Shown here: one piece after another, positions 51,918 to 63,041 of the stretch | Layout: each line of letters begins with the position of its first letter | Position numbering within the stretch: the first letter of the stretch is position 1 | Assembly: GCA_963833215.1 (NCBI GenBank) | Contig: CAWHXE010000018.1 | Location: 170,970-234,969 of the forward strand | Source: an uncultured Cytophagales bacterium | GTDB lineage: Bacteria > Bacteroidota > Bacteroidia > Cytophagales > Cyclobacteriaceae | Length of the DNA: 64,000 bases | Direction of reading: 5' to 3' | Notes under the pieces: model-generated | Database searches by the model: none | The model's input: only the letters and a program-made list of their open reading frames with translations | Told to the model about the DNA's origin: nothing | Position numbers and translations under genes: made by a program

Positions 51918-52130
51918 CTACGCCAGCACCGGCTCGTCTTTCTTTGAAGTCGGGCCGTCGATGGGCAGCGTTACGCCGGGCGGCAAATCCAGATCGGGCA
52001 GTTCTAATTCGAAGGGCAATCCTCCGTCGTTGTTCGAGTTGCTGGATCGTTCGTCTTTAATGATTTTTAATAGTACCAGCGTGAGCGCCAGTAGAAAGAG
52101 GAAGAACAAAATGATGTAGTCGATAGTCAT
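51918..52130 (-). CDS. Small hypothetical single-TM protein
   Basis: ~70 aa from MTIDYIILFFLFLLALTLVLLKII. Ends just right of the bidirectional terminator. Confidence 0.3.
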   Translation of the reverse strand: MTIDYIILFFLFLLALTLVLLKIIKDERSSNSNNDGGLPFELELPDLDLPPGVTLPIDGPTSKKDEPVLA

Positions 52131-52463
52131 AACCCAATTGCTTAGTCGTAGAAAAAACCGCCCCGCGGCACCCAAGAATGCGGTCCGCATTCTTATCTAG
52201 GCTTAAATCAAAAACTGAACCTAACTCCTTTAGCCGCCCGTTCTTGTCGGGTGCCAAAAAAATTATAAAGCGGACTGCTTTCTACTAAACGTGCCCTTTT
52301 TGGGTTTTATGTTGACAATCCACCTAAAACTTACCCCCCTCCCCGGCTTTTTTTTCTTCAGCCACGCACTGCCGCCCCCAGGAAATCCTAACGGGATACT
52401 TGGTTTAATTAAAAGGAAAGGGCATTTTTGTAACTACTTAATTCCAACCTATAAATCATCGTC

Positions 52464-52886
52464 ATGGACATTCAAGGAAAACTGCTGGAAATATCCGATA
52501 CCGTTCAAATAAAAGAAACCTTTAGAAAAAGAGATTTCGTCGTGGAGTACTCCGACAATCCTCAGTACCCCGAATACGTGAAGTTCGAGTGCATCCAGGA
52601 TAAGTGCGATATGCTGGACAACTACTCCGTCGGGCAAGACGTGACGGTGAGCTTCAACCTGAAGGGCCGCAAGTGGGTGGATCCCCAGGGCGAAACCAAG
52701 TACTTCAACTCTCTGCAAGCCTGGCGCATGCAGCCCGCGAGTGGTGCCTCATCCGCTCCCAGCGACGGCGCTTCCGCTGGTTCCGGTGCCCCTTCCGCTC
52801 CGGCATCGCCTCCCGCTGCTGCTTCGGGTGGTTCTAACCCCGTTATCTCGGCCGGTGAGGGCGAGGAAGATGATCTTCCTTTTTAG
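52464..52886 (+). CDS. DUF3127-domain protein
   Basis: DUF3127-like N-terminus (MDIQGKLLEISDTVQI...FRKRDFVVEY) with a low-complexity Ala/Ser/Pro tail. Confidence 0.6.
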   Translation: MDIQGKLLEISDTVQIKETFRKRDFVVEYSDNPQYPEYVKFECIQDKCDMLDNYSVGQDVTVSFNLKGRKWVDPQGETKYFNSLQAWRMQPASGASSAPSDGASAGSGAPSAPASPPAAASGGSNPVISAGEGEEDDLPF

Positions 52887-52927
52887 CCAACTGCCGCTAA
52901 GGCACCCGCTTCACGACGGACAACCTT

Positions 52928-53849
52928 ATGGAACTTCTAAAACAACTGTGCGAAGTACCGGCTCCGGCGGGCAATGAGGTAGCGCTCAAGGACTTCATCG
53001 TGGCCTACGTGCGGGAGCACCGGGCGCAGTGGCGTTCTACGCCTACCCTGATTGATAACGAAGATCTGCGTGATTCGCTCATTCTATCGTTTGGCACTCC
53101 GCGCACCGCCGTGCTGGCGCACATGGATACGGTCGGCTTCACGGTGCGTTACCACGACCAGTTAATACCCATCGGTAGCCCCAAAACCGAAGACGGTTAT
53201 CGTTTGGTAGGAGCCGACCATCTGGGACCGGTCGAGTGCGAACTGGCCGTCTATGAATCGAAGAAGGTGCAGCAACTGCGCTACCAGTTTGGTCGCGCCC
53301 TGGCCCGCGGCACCGAACTCACTTTTGCCTGTGACTTTCGCGAAACTCCGGACTTTGTGCAGACCTGCTACCTGGACAACCGCCTGGGAGTGTACAACGC
53401 GCTGCGGTTGGCCGAGACCCTGGAAGACGGCTTGCTGGTGTTCACCTGCGGCGAAGAGCAGGGCGGCGGCTCGGTGCCCTACTTAGCCCGCTTCATTTAT
53501 GAAGAGTTTAAAGTGAAGCAGTACCTGATCTCCGATGTGACCTGGACCACCGACGGAGTGGTGGCCGGACAAGGAGCGGTGGTATTCGATGCGCGACCGC
53601 ATCATTCCGCGCCGTTCTTTCCTTAACAAAGTCATCGGCTTGGCCGAAGCCTCGGAGGTGCCCTTTCAGCTAGAAGTAGAAGCCACGGGGGCGAGCGACG
53701 CGCGCGAACTGCTCCAGGCGCCCTATCCCATCGACTGGTGCTTCGTGGGCACCCCGGTGGCCTACGCGCACTCACCCAACGAAAAGGTGCATCGCGCCGA
53801 TATAGACAGCATGCTGGCTCTGTACCGACACCTTCTCCAACAGCTATAG
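52928..53849 (+). CDS. M42-family (glutamyl aminopeptidase / FrvX-like) peptidase; frameshift near 53585-53589
   Basis: Fragments 52928..53626 and 53589..53849 (...RDRIIPR..., ...VPFQLEV...GASDA...) are colinear with M42 peptidases. Confidence 0.65.
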
Positions 53850-53850
53850 G

Positions 53851-54384
53851 ATGCGCATCAGGGACTTCTATTTTGACGAATTCATTTCGGAAGCAGCCAT
53901 TGTCGAGCGCGTGCAAGCCCTGGCGCAGCAGATTGATCGCGACCATGCCGACGAACCGCCGGTGCTGGTGGCGGTGCTCAATGGGGCTTTTGTATTCACA
54001 GCCGACTTGGTTCGAAGCCTCAGCATCCCGGCGGAGGTCACTTTTATTAAGGTAAAGTCGTATCAGGAAATGCAGTCTACCGGGCAGCACAAAGAGTTTA
54101 TCGGACTGGAAGTGCCCATCCACGGCCGGAACGTGATTATCGTGGAAGACATTGTGGATTCCGGCAACACCATCCGGTACTTGACGCAGCAGTTTAGCGA
54201 ACAAGCACCGAGTAGCATCGCGGTGGCCACGCTGCTATTTAAACCCCAGGCCCTGGTGCACAACGTCAAACTTGATTACGTAGGTTTTGAAATCCCCAAC
54301 GATTTTGTCGTGGGCTACGGACTCGACTACGATGGGCTGGGCCGAAACCTGCGGTCTGTCTATAAAGTAGTGCCTAATCCTTAA
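53851..54384 (+). CDS. hpt: Hypoxanthine phosphoribosyltransferase
   Basis: PRTase motif VIIVEDIVDSGNT with the HPRT N-terminal region. Confidence 0.85.
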   Translation: MRIRDFYFDEFISEAAIVERVQALAQQIDRDHADEPPVLVAVLNGAFVFTADLVRSLSIPAEVTFIKVKSYQEMQSTGQHKEFIGLEVPIHGRNVIIVEDIVDSGNTIRYLTQQFSEQAPSSIAVATLLFKPQALVHNVKLDYVGFEIPNDFVVGYGLDYDGLGRNLRSVYKVVPNP

Positions 54385-54393
54385 CGGTTTCCT

Positions 54394-55242
54394 TTACCCC
54401 ATCCGCTTGATAATCGTCAGAAACAGTTTATCCATCCAGCGATCGGGCAGCACCTTTTGCAGAAACAGGATAATTTTGGCCCCTTTGCCGGTGGCGTAGC
54501 GGGTTTTAGGCTTACGCGCGTTCACCGCCCGGCGGATCGTTTTGGCCACCACCGTTGGGTCAGACGCTTGCTCATCGCCTTTCTCCAAAAAATTGGCGTG
54601 TTTGCGCACTAAATCTTTATAGGCAGTGTCGCCCGATACGTCGCGCAGATTCTGGCGGGCAATGGTGTTCCACTCGGTTTTGATCGCGCCCGGCTCAATC
54701 ACCACCACATCGATTCCAAACTGGTATAACTCCAAACGCAGGCAGTCGCTCAAGCCTTCCACGGCAAACTTGGTGGCGTGGTACCAGCTTCCGTGCGGCT
54801 CGGCGATCTTTCCTCCGATAGACGAAATGTTGATGATCGTTCCCGACCGCTGGGTGCGCATCGTCGGCAGCACCAGTTGGCAAAGCCGCGCCAGCCCGAA
54901 AACATTGACTTCAAACTGGTATTTGGCTTCGTCCATCGGGGTATCTTCCAGCGCGCCGTAGGAGCCGTAGCCCGCGTTGTTAATCAGCACATCGATGCGT
55001 CCCTCCGCGTCCATAATTTGGGCAACCCCCGCTTGCATAGAATCTTCCTCTGAAACATCCATCGCCATCGTCCTGACGCCCAATTGTTGGATGTCATTCA
55101 TTTTTTCGGTGTTCCGGGAAACTCCGTAGACGATATGGCCGTCCTGCAACAGCAGACGGGCGGTGGCTTTTCCGATGCCGGAAGAGGCACCGGTGATCAA
55201 GATTACTTTCTTCATAATTTCACGCAACTGCTCTACTTCCAT
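54394..55242 (-). CDS. SDR-family oxidoreductase
   Basis: TGASSGIG Rossmann motif; YxxxK active site. Confidence 0.8.
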   Translation of the reverse strand: MEVEQLREIMKKVILITGASSGIGKATARLLLQDGHIVYGVSRNTEKMNDIQQLGVRTMAMDVSEEDSMQAGVAQIMDAEGRIDVLINNAGYGSYGALEDTPMDEAKYQFEVNVFGLARLCQLVLPTMRTQRSGTIINISSIGGKIAEPHGSWYHATKFAVEGLSDCLRLELYQFGIDVVVIEPGAIKTEWNTIARQNLRDVSGDTAYKDLVRKHANFLEKGDEQASDPTVVAKTIRRAVNARKPKTRYATGKGAKIILFLQKVLPDRWMDKLFLTIIKRMG

Positions 55243-55360
55243 GACGATTGGTGCGGCTCGATATTTTGGTGTGATACGAATTGTAAGTAAAATTTGCTCG
55301 TTAAATTTCCTAATCCGTGCGAAGCGACGTAAACTTGTAGTCTGTCAAAATTAATTTGCT

Positions 55361-55939
55361 ATGCTTAACCTTGTCTTGTTCGGCCCTCCGGGAGCCGGAA
55401 AGGGTACTCAGAGTCAAAAACTCATTGACCATTATAACCTGACGCACATTTCAACCGGTGATTTGTTCCGCAAGCACCTGGGGGAAGGCACACCGCTAGG
55501 CATCCGCGCCCGCACCTTTATGGACATTGGGAAATTGGTGCCCGATGATCTGGTAATTGATATGGTGGATGACAAGCTCGGCGAACAAAACGATACGCAG
55601 GGCATTATCTTCGACGGTTTCCCCCGCACCATCCCGCAGGCAGAGGCCCTGGACAAGTTCTTGAGCACCTACGACAGCCACATCGCCGGTATGATCGCGC
55701 TGTCGGTGCCCACCGAAGAACTCGTCAGCCGATTGTTGCACCGGGGAAAAACCTCGGGACGGGCCGACGACCAGAACGAGCAGAAGATCGCCACCCGCCT
55801 GGAAGTGTATCAGAGAGAAACCCTGCCCGTGGCCCGTTACTACGAAGACCAAAACAAGTACGTTGAAATTGATGGCGTGGGCGAGATCGATGATATCTTC
55901 CGGAATATTGTGGCCGCTATTGACGGCTGGCGCACCTAA
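55361..55939 (+). CDS. adk: Adenylate kinase
   Basis: P-loop GPPGAGKGTQ; short-lid type. Confidence 0.9.
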   Translation: MLNLVLFGPPGAGKGTQSQKLIDHYNLTHISTGDLFRKHLGEGTPLGIRARTFMDIGKLVPDDLVIDMVDDKLGEQNDTQGIIFDGFPRTIPQAEALDKFLSTYDSHIAGMIALSVPTEELVSRLLHRGKTSGRADDQNEQKIATRLEVYQRETLPVARYYEDQNKYVEIDGVGEIDDIFRNIVAAIDGWRT

Positions 55940-55980
55940 ATAGGCATTCTCTCACCCCCTGAATCTGAACCCGCATCCGT

Positions 55981-56970
55981 ATGGCCGTCAACTTTATTGA
56001 TTACGTGAAATTTGAGGCCCGTTCGGGGCGGGGCGGAGCGGGTTCAGCGCACCTGCGGCGGGAGAAATTTGTGCCCAAGGGCGGACCCGACGGCGGCGAT
56101 GGCGGGCGGGGCGGACACATCATCCTGCGGGGCAACGCCCAGCTCTGGACGCTGCTGCACCTCAAGTACCAGAAGCACGTCATCGCCGAACGCGGTGAAA
56201 ACGGCGCCAAGCAGCGCAAAAGCGGGTCGCAGGGCAGCGACGTGACGCTCGAAGTACCGCTGGGCACCCTGGTCAAAAACGCCGACACCGGAGAGGTGGT
56301 CGCCGAAATCACCGAAGATGAACAAGAGGCGATCATCTTAGAGGGAGGGCGCGGCGGATTGGGCAACGATCACTTCAAAACTCCAACGTTGCAAACGCCC
56401 CGCTTCGCGCAGCCCGGTGAAGATGGTAAAGAGCAGTGGTTCATCCTGGAGCTCAAGGTGCTCGCCGACGTGGGGCTAATCGGCTTCCCCAATGCGGGCA
56501 AGTCCACCCTGCTGTCGGTGCTGTCGGCCGCGCGTCCTGAAATTGCTGATTATCCTTTCACTACCCTTACGCCGAACTTAGGCGTGGTAGACTACCGCAA
56601 TTACCAGTCGTTTGTGGTAGCTGACATTCCGGGCATCATCGAGGGAGCCGCCGAGGGTAAGGGCTTGGGCACCCGCTTTCTGCGCCACGCCGAACGAAAC
56701 GCCATCTTGCTGTTTGTCATCGCTGCCGACACCCCCAACATCAACGACACCTTCAACACCCTGCTGGGCGAACTGGAAGCCTACAATCCCGAAATGCTGG
56801 ATAAAGAACGCTTGCTGGCCATCTCTAAAGCTGACTTGCTGGACGAAGAACTAATGGAAGCGCTCGAGCAGGAAATCACCATCGACATTCCCCACTTATT
56901 TTTCTCGTCGGTGACGCAGTACCATATTTCGGAGCTCAAGGATCTGCTGTGGCAAACCCTGCACCGCTAA
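55981..56970 (+). CDS. obg: GTPase Obg/CgtA
   Basis: Gly-rich Obg fold (GGDGGRGG) followed by a G-domain ([13 protein letters not shown]). Confidence 0.9.
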   Translation: MAVNFIDYVKFEARSGRGGAGSAHLRREKFVPKGGPDGGDGGRGGHIILRGNAQLWTLLHLKYQKHVIAERGENGAKQRKSGSQGSDVTLEVPLGTLVKNADTGEVVAEITEDEQEAIILEGGRGGLGNDHFKTPTLQTPRFAQPGEDGKEQWFILELKVLADVGLIGFPNAGKSTLLSVLSAARPEIADYPFTTLTPNLGVVDYRNYQSFVVADIPGIIEGAAEGKGLGTRFLRHAERNAILLFVIAADTPNINDTFNTLLGELEAYNPEMLDKERLLAISKADLLDEELMEALEQEITIDIPHLFFSSVTQYHISELKDLLWQTLHR

Positions 56971-56989
56971 ACTGTCATAATGTCACGTA

Positions 56990-57667
56990 TTGTCGCTTGG
57001 CAAAGTAGTTGCGCCCTGCGAAAGTGATTTGTTTAAGAACCAACGTCGAACAACCGTGAATAAAGAACAAGAAAATTATACCGATTCGTCGGCCGAAGCC
57101 CACGAAGAAGAGCCAAAGCTGGCCGAGCAACAAGCATCAGAAGAAACTTTCGAAACTGAGTTCGCCGAAGATGAAGAAGAATTAGATCAAGCTCCGGTTG
57201 ATGAAGAAGAAGTGGACGAGGTCACGCAGCTCAAAAACGAAGTGGGAGCCGCCAAAGACAAGTACCTCCGTTTGTTTGCTGAGTTTGAAAACTTCCGACG
57301 GCGCACCGCTAAGGAACGCCTTGACCTGATCAAAACCGCCGGAGAGGGCGTGATCGGCGAACTGATTCCGGTGGTAGATGACTTTGAGCGTTCGCTACAG
57401 ATTTTCAAAGACAACGAAGCGGTGGCTCCGATGTACGAGGGCATTCAGCTCGTCCACGGCAAGCTCACCAAAGCTTTGGCCCAAAAGGGATTGAAGGCGA
57501 TGGAGGTAGAAGTAGGCAGTGATTTCGACCCTGAGTACCATGAGGCGGTGGTGCAAACTCCCGCTCCGAGTGAAGAGTTGAAGGGGAAGGTAGTAGATGT
57601 AATCGACAAGGGATATTTTTTGGGCGATAAGGTGTTACGGTACGCAAAAGTGGTTATTGGATCATAG
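56990..57667 (+). CDS. grpE: Nucleotide exchange factor GrpE
   Basis: GrpE core ([18 protein letters not shown]...VVDDFERS). The true start may be the GTG at ~57056. Confidence 0.85.
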   Translation: MSLGKVVAPCESDLFKNQRRTTVNKEQENYTDSSAEAHEEEPKLAEQQASEETFETEFAEDEEELDQAPVDEEEVDEVTQLKNEVGAAKDKYLRLFAEFENFRRRTAKERLDLIKTAGEGVIGELIPVVDDFERSLQIFKDNEAVAPMYEGIQLVHGKLTKALAQKGLKAMEVEVGSDFDPEYHEAVVQTPAPSEELKGKVVDVIDKGYFLGDKVLRYAKVVIGS

Positions 57668-57671
57668 GAGC

Positions 57672-58814
57672 ATGGCAAAGAGAGACTATTACGAAATTTT
57701 AGGACTATCGCGCAACGCGACCCCCGAGGAACTCAAAAAGGCGTACCGGAAAACGGCCATCAAGTACCATCCGGACAAAAATCCGGACAATCCGGAAGCG
57801 GAAGATTTGTTCAAGGAAGCCGCGGAGGCCTACGAGGTGCTTAGCAACCCGCAGAAGCGCGAGCGCTACGACCGATTCGGTCACCAGGGTGTGGGCGGTT
57901 CCGGTGGTTTCGGCGGCGGCAACATGAACATGGACGATATCTTCTCGCAGTTCGGAGATATCTTCGGCGGCGGCAGTGCCTTCGAGAGCTTCTTCGGCGG
58001 CGGGGGCGGCCGAGGCACCCGACAGCGGCGGGGTTCTAACCTGCGTATCAAGCTCAAGCTGACCCTGGACGAGGTGAGCCACGGAGTGGAGAAGAAAATT
58101 AAGGTAAAACGGTACATTTCGTGCGACGTGTGCGGTGGCAACGGCGCCAAGAACGGCACCTCCCTGCAAACCTGCTCCACCTGCAACGGCTCAGGACAAA
58201 CCCGCAAGGTGGTGAACACCATGCTCGGACAGATGGTATCGACTAACACCTGCACCACCTGCAGCGGCGAGGGCAAGATTGTGAGTCAGCGCTGCGACAA
58301 CTGCCATGGCGAAGGTCGCCTGATGGAAGAAGAGGTGATTCCGGTGCAGATTCCCGAAGGAGTGGGCGAAGGCATTCAGCTATCGATGTCGGGCAAGGGC
58401 AACGTGCCCAAGCGGGGCGGCGTGCCGGGCGATCTGCTCATCGTGATCGAAGAAGCCGAAGATGAAGATCTGAAGCGCGACGGCAGCAACATCGTTTACG
58501 ACCTGCACCTCAGCTTTGTGGATGCCGTGCTTGGCACTGATGTGGAAGTGCCTACCGTAGACGGTAAGGTAAAGATCAAGATCGAGCCCGGTACGCAGAG
58601 CGGCAAGATTCTGCGGCTACGCGGCAAAGGGATCAAAGATATCAACGGCTACGGCAAGGGTGACCAGCTCATCCACGTGAACGTGTGGACCCCTCAGAAG
58701 GTCAGCAACGACGAAAAGCAGATGTTGGAAGAACTGCGGCAGTCGCCCAACTTCAAGCCGCAGCCGGGCAAGGGCGACAAAGGCTTCTTTGAGCGCATGA
58801 AAGAGTACTTCTAG
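57672..58814 (+). CDS. dnaJ: Molecular chaperone DnaJ
   Basis: J-domain (HPD), G/F region, four CxxCxGxG zinc-finger repeats. Confidence 0.9.
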   Translation: MAKRDYYEILGLSRNATPEELKKAYRKTAIKYHPDKNPDNPEAEDLFKEAAEAYEVLSNPQKRERYDRFGHQGVGGSGGFGGGNMNMDDIFSQFGDIFGGGSAFESFFGGGGGRGTRQRRGSNLRIKLKLTLDEVSHGVEKKIKVKRYISCDVCGGNGAKNGTSLQTCSTCNGSGQTRKVVNTMLGQMVSTNTCTTCSGEGKIVSQRCDNCHGEGRLMEEEVIPVQIPEGVGEGIQLSMSGKGNVPKRGGVPGDLLIVIEEAEDEDLKRDGSNIVYDLHLSFVDAVLGTDVEVPTVDGKVKIKIEPGTQSGKILRLRGKGIKDINGYGKGDQLIHVNVWTPQKVSNDEKQMLEELRQSPNFKPQPGKGDKGFFERMKEYF

Positions 58815-58819
58815 AAAAT

Positions 58820-59638
58820 ATGATAAATACCCTTTTTTCTTTAAAAGGCAAGACGGCGGTGGTTACCGGCGGCACCGGAGTGCTGGGCACCGAGATGGTT
58901 CTTGCGCTGACTACCGCCGGAGCCCGGGTCGGAGTGCTCGGTCGGCGGCACGAACAAGCCGAGGTAGTGGTGCAGCAGGTGCTAGACCAGGGCGGACAAG
59001 CCGTAGCGCTGCCCGCCGACGTGCTTCAGATTGAGTCGTTGGAACGAGCCAAGGAAACAATTTTGGAAGCCTTTGGCACCATCGACATTCTGGTGAACGC
59101 CGCCGGGGGTAACCAACCCGGAGCCACCATCGGACCGGAGCAAACCATCTTTGATCTGCAAATTCCTGATTTACAAAAGGTGGTTGATCTTAACCTCATG
59201 GGTACCATTTATCCGACACAAGTCTTCGGCCGGGTGATGGCCGACCAGCAACGGGGCGTAGTGGTCAACATATCATCAATGGCGGCCTATCAGGCAATTA
59301 CCCGGGTGATGGGTTACTCGGTGGCCAAGACCGCCATTGAAGGTTACACCCGCTGGCTGGCCGTAGAGATGGCGCAAAAGTTCGGCGAAGGCATTCGCGT
59401 GAACGCTATTGCGCCCGGCTTCTTTCTGGCCGACCAAAACCGCCGCTTGCTCACCAATGAAGACGGCAGCCTGACCGAGCGCGGACAGCAAATTATCAGC
59501 AATACTCCCTTTGGGCGGTTTGGCGAGCCCGACGAACTAGCGGGCACGCTGATTTGGCTGTGCTCCGATGCTTCGCGCTTTGTTACGGGCATCTCGGTGC
59601 CGGTAGACGGCGGATTTAATTGTTACAGCGGGGTTTAA
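58820..59638 (+). CDS. SDR-family oxidoreductase
   Basis: VTGGTGVLG Rossmann motif and SDR fold. Confidence 0.8.
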   Translation: MINTLFSLKGKTAVVTGGTGVLGTEMVLALTTAGARVGVLGRRHEQAEVVVQQVLDQGGQAVALPADVLQIESLERAKETILEAFGTIDILVNAAGGNQPGATIGPEQTIFDLQIPDLQKVVDLNLMGTIYPTQVFGRVMADQQRGVVVNISSMAAYQAITRVMGYSVAKTAIEGYTRWLAVEMAQKFGEGIRVNAIAPGFFLADQNRRLLTNEDGSLTERGQQIISNTPFGRFGEPDELAGTLIWLCSDASRFVTGISVPVDGGFNCYSGV

Positions 59639-59781
59639 GTAATTAACCATTGTGGCTATGCATTCCGAAGCTCACTTAGTTGTGTTTATCGTAGAACGAC
59701 AACCGGGCCGCTAAGAAGCTACTCGACTTTTTATGAGGTCTATTTATTCCGGGTGCGAGAAAAGTACCTGCCCATCATATT

Positions 59782-60375
59782 CTACAGACTCCATCGGTTG
59801 CCTACCTCCGAGACGGGCAGGCAGCCCTCGTAGCCACCAGGAATGGGGTCGTAGCTGAGCACATCTTTACCAATCTTTTCGGAAGAGGTGTAGGCCCATA
59901 AGGCCATGGCCTTGATACTACGATAGAAACCAACGGGCTTCTGTTCGCTAACCGCAGTTCCCCAGACCGCTCCGCTGAAGGTACCCGACTCAGCCTCGGC
60001 AGTTTGCAAAACACTGGCTCGCTCTTTCTCACTGGCATCAGCGAAAGCAACTCCCACCAGCTGCTTACACTTTTCGTTGAACTGGGCAATTTCTGAGCGA
60101 ATATATTGCTGCGCTTCCGAACCGTAGGTCTGGGCGATAACCTGATCGATGAAGCGATCAACCTGCACATCCAGCGCTCCGGGGGTGTCGGTACGGGGCA
60201 GAATCGTATCAATAAGACTCGTTATACACCGGGCCTCCTCTTCGCTAAAGAACTGGGGTTGCCAGTCTAAGTGAGCTTCGCTCTGGCAGGCGTTAAGTAG
60301 CGCCAACAGAGAGGGGGCAAAGGCGGTGGCTCCGGCCATCAATCCGGTATGCCGAAGGGCGGTTCTTCTGTTCAT
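59782..60375 (-). CDS. Gluconate 2-dehydrogenase subunit 3-family small subunit with Tat signal (partner of the GMC oxidoreductase)
   Basis: Tat motif MNRRTALRHTGLMAGATAFA. Gene directly downstream of the GMC oxidoreductase. Confidence 0.7.
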   Translation of the reverse strand: MNRRTALRHTGLMAGATAFAPSLLALLNACQSEAHLDWQPQFFSEEEARCITSLIDTILPRTDTPGALDVQVDRFIDQVIAQTYGSEAQQYIRSEIAQFNEKCKQLVGVAFADASEKERASVLQTAEAESGTFSGAVWGTAVSEQKPVGFYRSIKAMALWAYTSSEKIGKDVLSYDPIPGGYEGCLPVSEVGNRWSL

Positions 60376-60379
60376 AGTA

Positions 60380-62086
60380 TCAGATATTTCGTTTTTTTAA
60401 TTCTTCTACCGCGTGGTTGGCCGCCCTGGCCGAGAGTGCCATGTAGGTGAGCGATGGGTTCACACATGAAGAGGACGTCATGCAGGCTCCGTCGGTGACA
60501 AACACATTGTTGGCCGCGTGAACTTGATTAAAGGCATTTAGCACCGATGTTTTAGGATCGCGTCCCATCCGGGCCGTTCCCATTTCGTGGATGCCGTAGC
60601 CTGGACTGTGCTCCTTGTCAAAGCCAACGACACCCTTCAGTCCGGACCGCTCGAGCATCTCTACGGCATCTTCCTGAATTTGCCGGTTAAGGGCTTTCTC
60701 GTTTTCTTTAAACTCACAGTCGATCGCCAGCGTTGGTTGCCCCCACTTGTCCAGCGTATCGGTATCGAGGGTTACCTGGTTCTCGTGATACGGCAGGCAT
60801 TCGGCAAATCCGGTGATAAAAAACTCCCAGGGGCCGGGTTTAAGGATACTGTCTTTGTAGTCAGCACCAAACTCAGGTCGATTGGCGGCCACCTGCATTC
60901 CAGCGCGTTCTCCCCCTCCCTGGTAGCCAAAGCCCCGAAGGAATTTATCCGACTGAGTTTGCTCATCGATATTAACGTAGCGAGGAATGTAGATGCCGTT
61001 GGGGCGTCTGCCCTTGTAGTATTTATCATCAAAACCCTCAACCTGTCCCATCGCGCCTACCCGGTAGGTATGATCCATCAGATTGTGCCCCAGTTCGCCG
61101 CTATCGTTGCCCAGTCCGTTTTCAAACCGACCTGAGACCGAGTTAAGAAGAATCTGAGTGGTGCTCAGGGTTGAGGCATTGCAGAAGATGATCTTTGACT
61201 TATACTCAATGGCCTCATTGGTTTCAGCATCAATGATGCGCACCCCGGTGGCTTTCCCCTTTTCGTCGTCATAAATGACAGATTGCACAATAGAATAGGG
61301 GCGAATGGTAAGGTTGCCCGTGGCATGAGCGGCCGGTAGGGTGACGGCGTTGCTGCTAAAATAAGCCCCGTACGGACAACCCCGGCTACAGCGGTTTCGA
61401 TACTGACACTTTCCCCGGCCATTGAGCGGTTCGGTAAGGTGCGCCGCCCGGCCGATGATCATATGCCGCCCCGGAAATTCGTTCTCGATGCGTTGTTTTA
61501 CGTGCTTCTCTACGCAGTTGAGCTCCATGGGGGGCAGAAAGTGGCTATCGGGCAGCTGCGGCAGCCCGAGGGCTTCGCCGCTGATACCCGCAAACTTCTC
61601 CACGTAGGTATACCAGGGAGCAATGTCTTGGTAGCGAATGGGCCAGTCTACACCGTGGCCGTCTTGGGCGTTGGCCGCAAAGTCAAGATCACTCCAGCGG
61701 TAGGTCTGCTTCCCCCAGAGCAAAGAGCGACCACCCATTTGATGGGCCCGCATCCACAGGAAGGGCTTAACTTCGGTGTAAGGATTTTCCAGGTCGTTCG
61801 CCCAGAAGTGCTCGGTATCCTGTCCGATAAATCCTGATCTGACGGCTTTATAGTGTTTCTCCTTTTCTTCGGGAGTCAGTCCGCCCCGGAGCTCCATGTC
61901 CCAAGGGTCATCATGCATCGTGGGGTAATCCTTGACGTGTTCTACGATTCTTCCGCGCTCGAGCACCAGGGTTTTCAGTCCCTTCTCACAAAGCTCCTTC
62001 GCGGCCCATCCGCCACTTATCCCTGACCCGATGACAATGGCGTCATAAGTGACCTGTTTATCAGCATCAATGTTATAATTGGCCAT
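60380..62086 (-). CDS. GMC-family FAD-dependent oxidoreductase (sugar dehydrogenase-like)
   Basis: FAD motif DAIVIGSGISGGWAA; start at MANYNID (62086). Confidence 0.8.
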   Translation of the reverse strand: MANYNIDADKQVTYDAIVIGSGISGGWAAKELCEKGLKTLVLERGRIVEHVKDYPTMHDDPWDMELRGGLTPEEKEKHYKAVRSGFIGQDTEHFWANDLENPYTEVKPFLWMRAHQMGGRSLLWGKQTYRWSDLDFAANAQDGHGVDWPIRYQDIAPWYTYVEKFAGISGEALGLPQLPDSHFLPPMELNCVEKHVKQRIENEFPGRHMIIGRAAHLTEPLNGRGKCQYRNRCSRGCPYGAYFSSNAVTLPAAHATGNLTIRPYSIVQSVIYDDEKGKATGVRIIDAETNEAIEYKSKIIFCNASTLSTTQILLNSVSGRFENGLGNDSGELGHNLMDHTYRVGAMGQVEGFDDKYYKGRRPNGIYIPRYVNIDEQTQSDKFLRGFGYQGGGERAGMQVAANRPEFGADYKDSILKPGPWEFFITGFAECLPYHENQVTLDTDTLDKWGQPTLAIDCEFKENEKALNRQIQEDAVEMLERSGLKGVVGFDKEHSPGYGIHEMGTARMGRDPKTSVLNAFNQVHAANNVFVTDGACMTSSSCVNPSLTYMALSARAANHAVEELKKRNI

Positions 62087-62337
62087 GCTAGATTTCTTTG
62101 ATATATGAACAAATATAGTGATTTGAGGCTGATCTATGAGACTCAAACGTCAATCAGGGCCGTTAAGTGCATTACGCCGTAAACGGTACGCCCCCCCGTA
62201 AATTTGGCTGTTGATCGCATTGAGCTGATTAGTAGAAAAGAAGGCAGTTGACTATCTACTGTAGACACGTAGTAGGTTTTTATTGCAACAAAATCCACCG
62301 CCCGTTTGTACTATAGCTACAACCCTACCCCACTCGT

Positions 62338-62997
62338 ATGAACATTCACAAAGAAGGCCGTATCCTACTACTCGTGCTTTTGCTGGTGCTGGCCGCCACC
62401 TACCTCGCAATCGTGTATTTCTTCCCGGAGAATAATGCGCTTCAGAACGGGGTACTGATCGGAAGCATTATTTTGTACTTTATTATTCTGCAATTCTTCC
62501 GCAACCCCAAAGTTGTCATCGACCACAATGAACAGCAGGTGCTGGCTCCGGCCGACGGCAAGGTGGTGGTGATCGAAGAAACCGAGGAGAAAGAGTACTT
62601 TCACGAGCGACGTTTACAGATTTCTATTTTCATGTCGCCCATCAACGTGCACGTGAACCGCAGTCCGGTGGCCGGGGTGGTAAAGTATTTCAAGTACCAC
62701 GCCGGTAAATACCTGGTGGCCTGGCATCCCAAATCAAGCTCCGACAACGAGCGCACCACGGTGGTGGTGGAAATACCCAACGGACCCGAAGTGCTGTTTC
62801 GGCAGATTGCCGGGGCGATGGCCCGCCGCATTAAGTGGTACATCAACGAGGGCGACCGGGTGCAGCAGGGCGCGGAGTTTGGATTCATCAAGTTTGGCTC
62901 CCGCGTCGATGTTTACCTTCCGCTCAATGCTGAGGTGAAGGTGGCCGTGGGCGACAAAACCAAGGGTGGTCGCACGGTGCTGGCGGAGTTGGGGTAG
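62338..62997 (+). CDS. psd: Phosphatidylserine decarboxylase-family proenzyme
   Basis: N-terminal TM helix and a PSD C-terminal region (...GFIKFGSRVDVYLP...). Confidence 0.75.
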   Translation: MNIHKEGRILLLVLLLVLAATYLAIVYFFPENNALQNGVLIGSIILYFIILQFFRNPKVVIDHNEQQVLAPADGKVVVIEETEEKEYFHERRLQISIFMSPINVHVNRSPVAGVVKYFKYHAGKYLVAWHPKSSSDNERTTVVVEIPNGPEVLFRQIAGAMARRIKWYINEGDRVQQGAEFGFIKFGSRVDVYLPLNAEVKVAVGDKTKGGRTVLAELG

Positions 62998-63041
62998 TAT
63001 CCACGGTATGCTATCGAGAACTGCGCTAAACTTTTGTTAAG

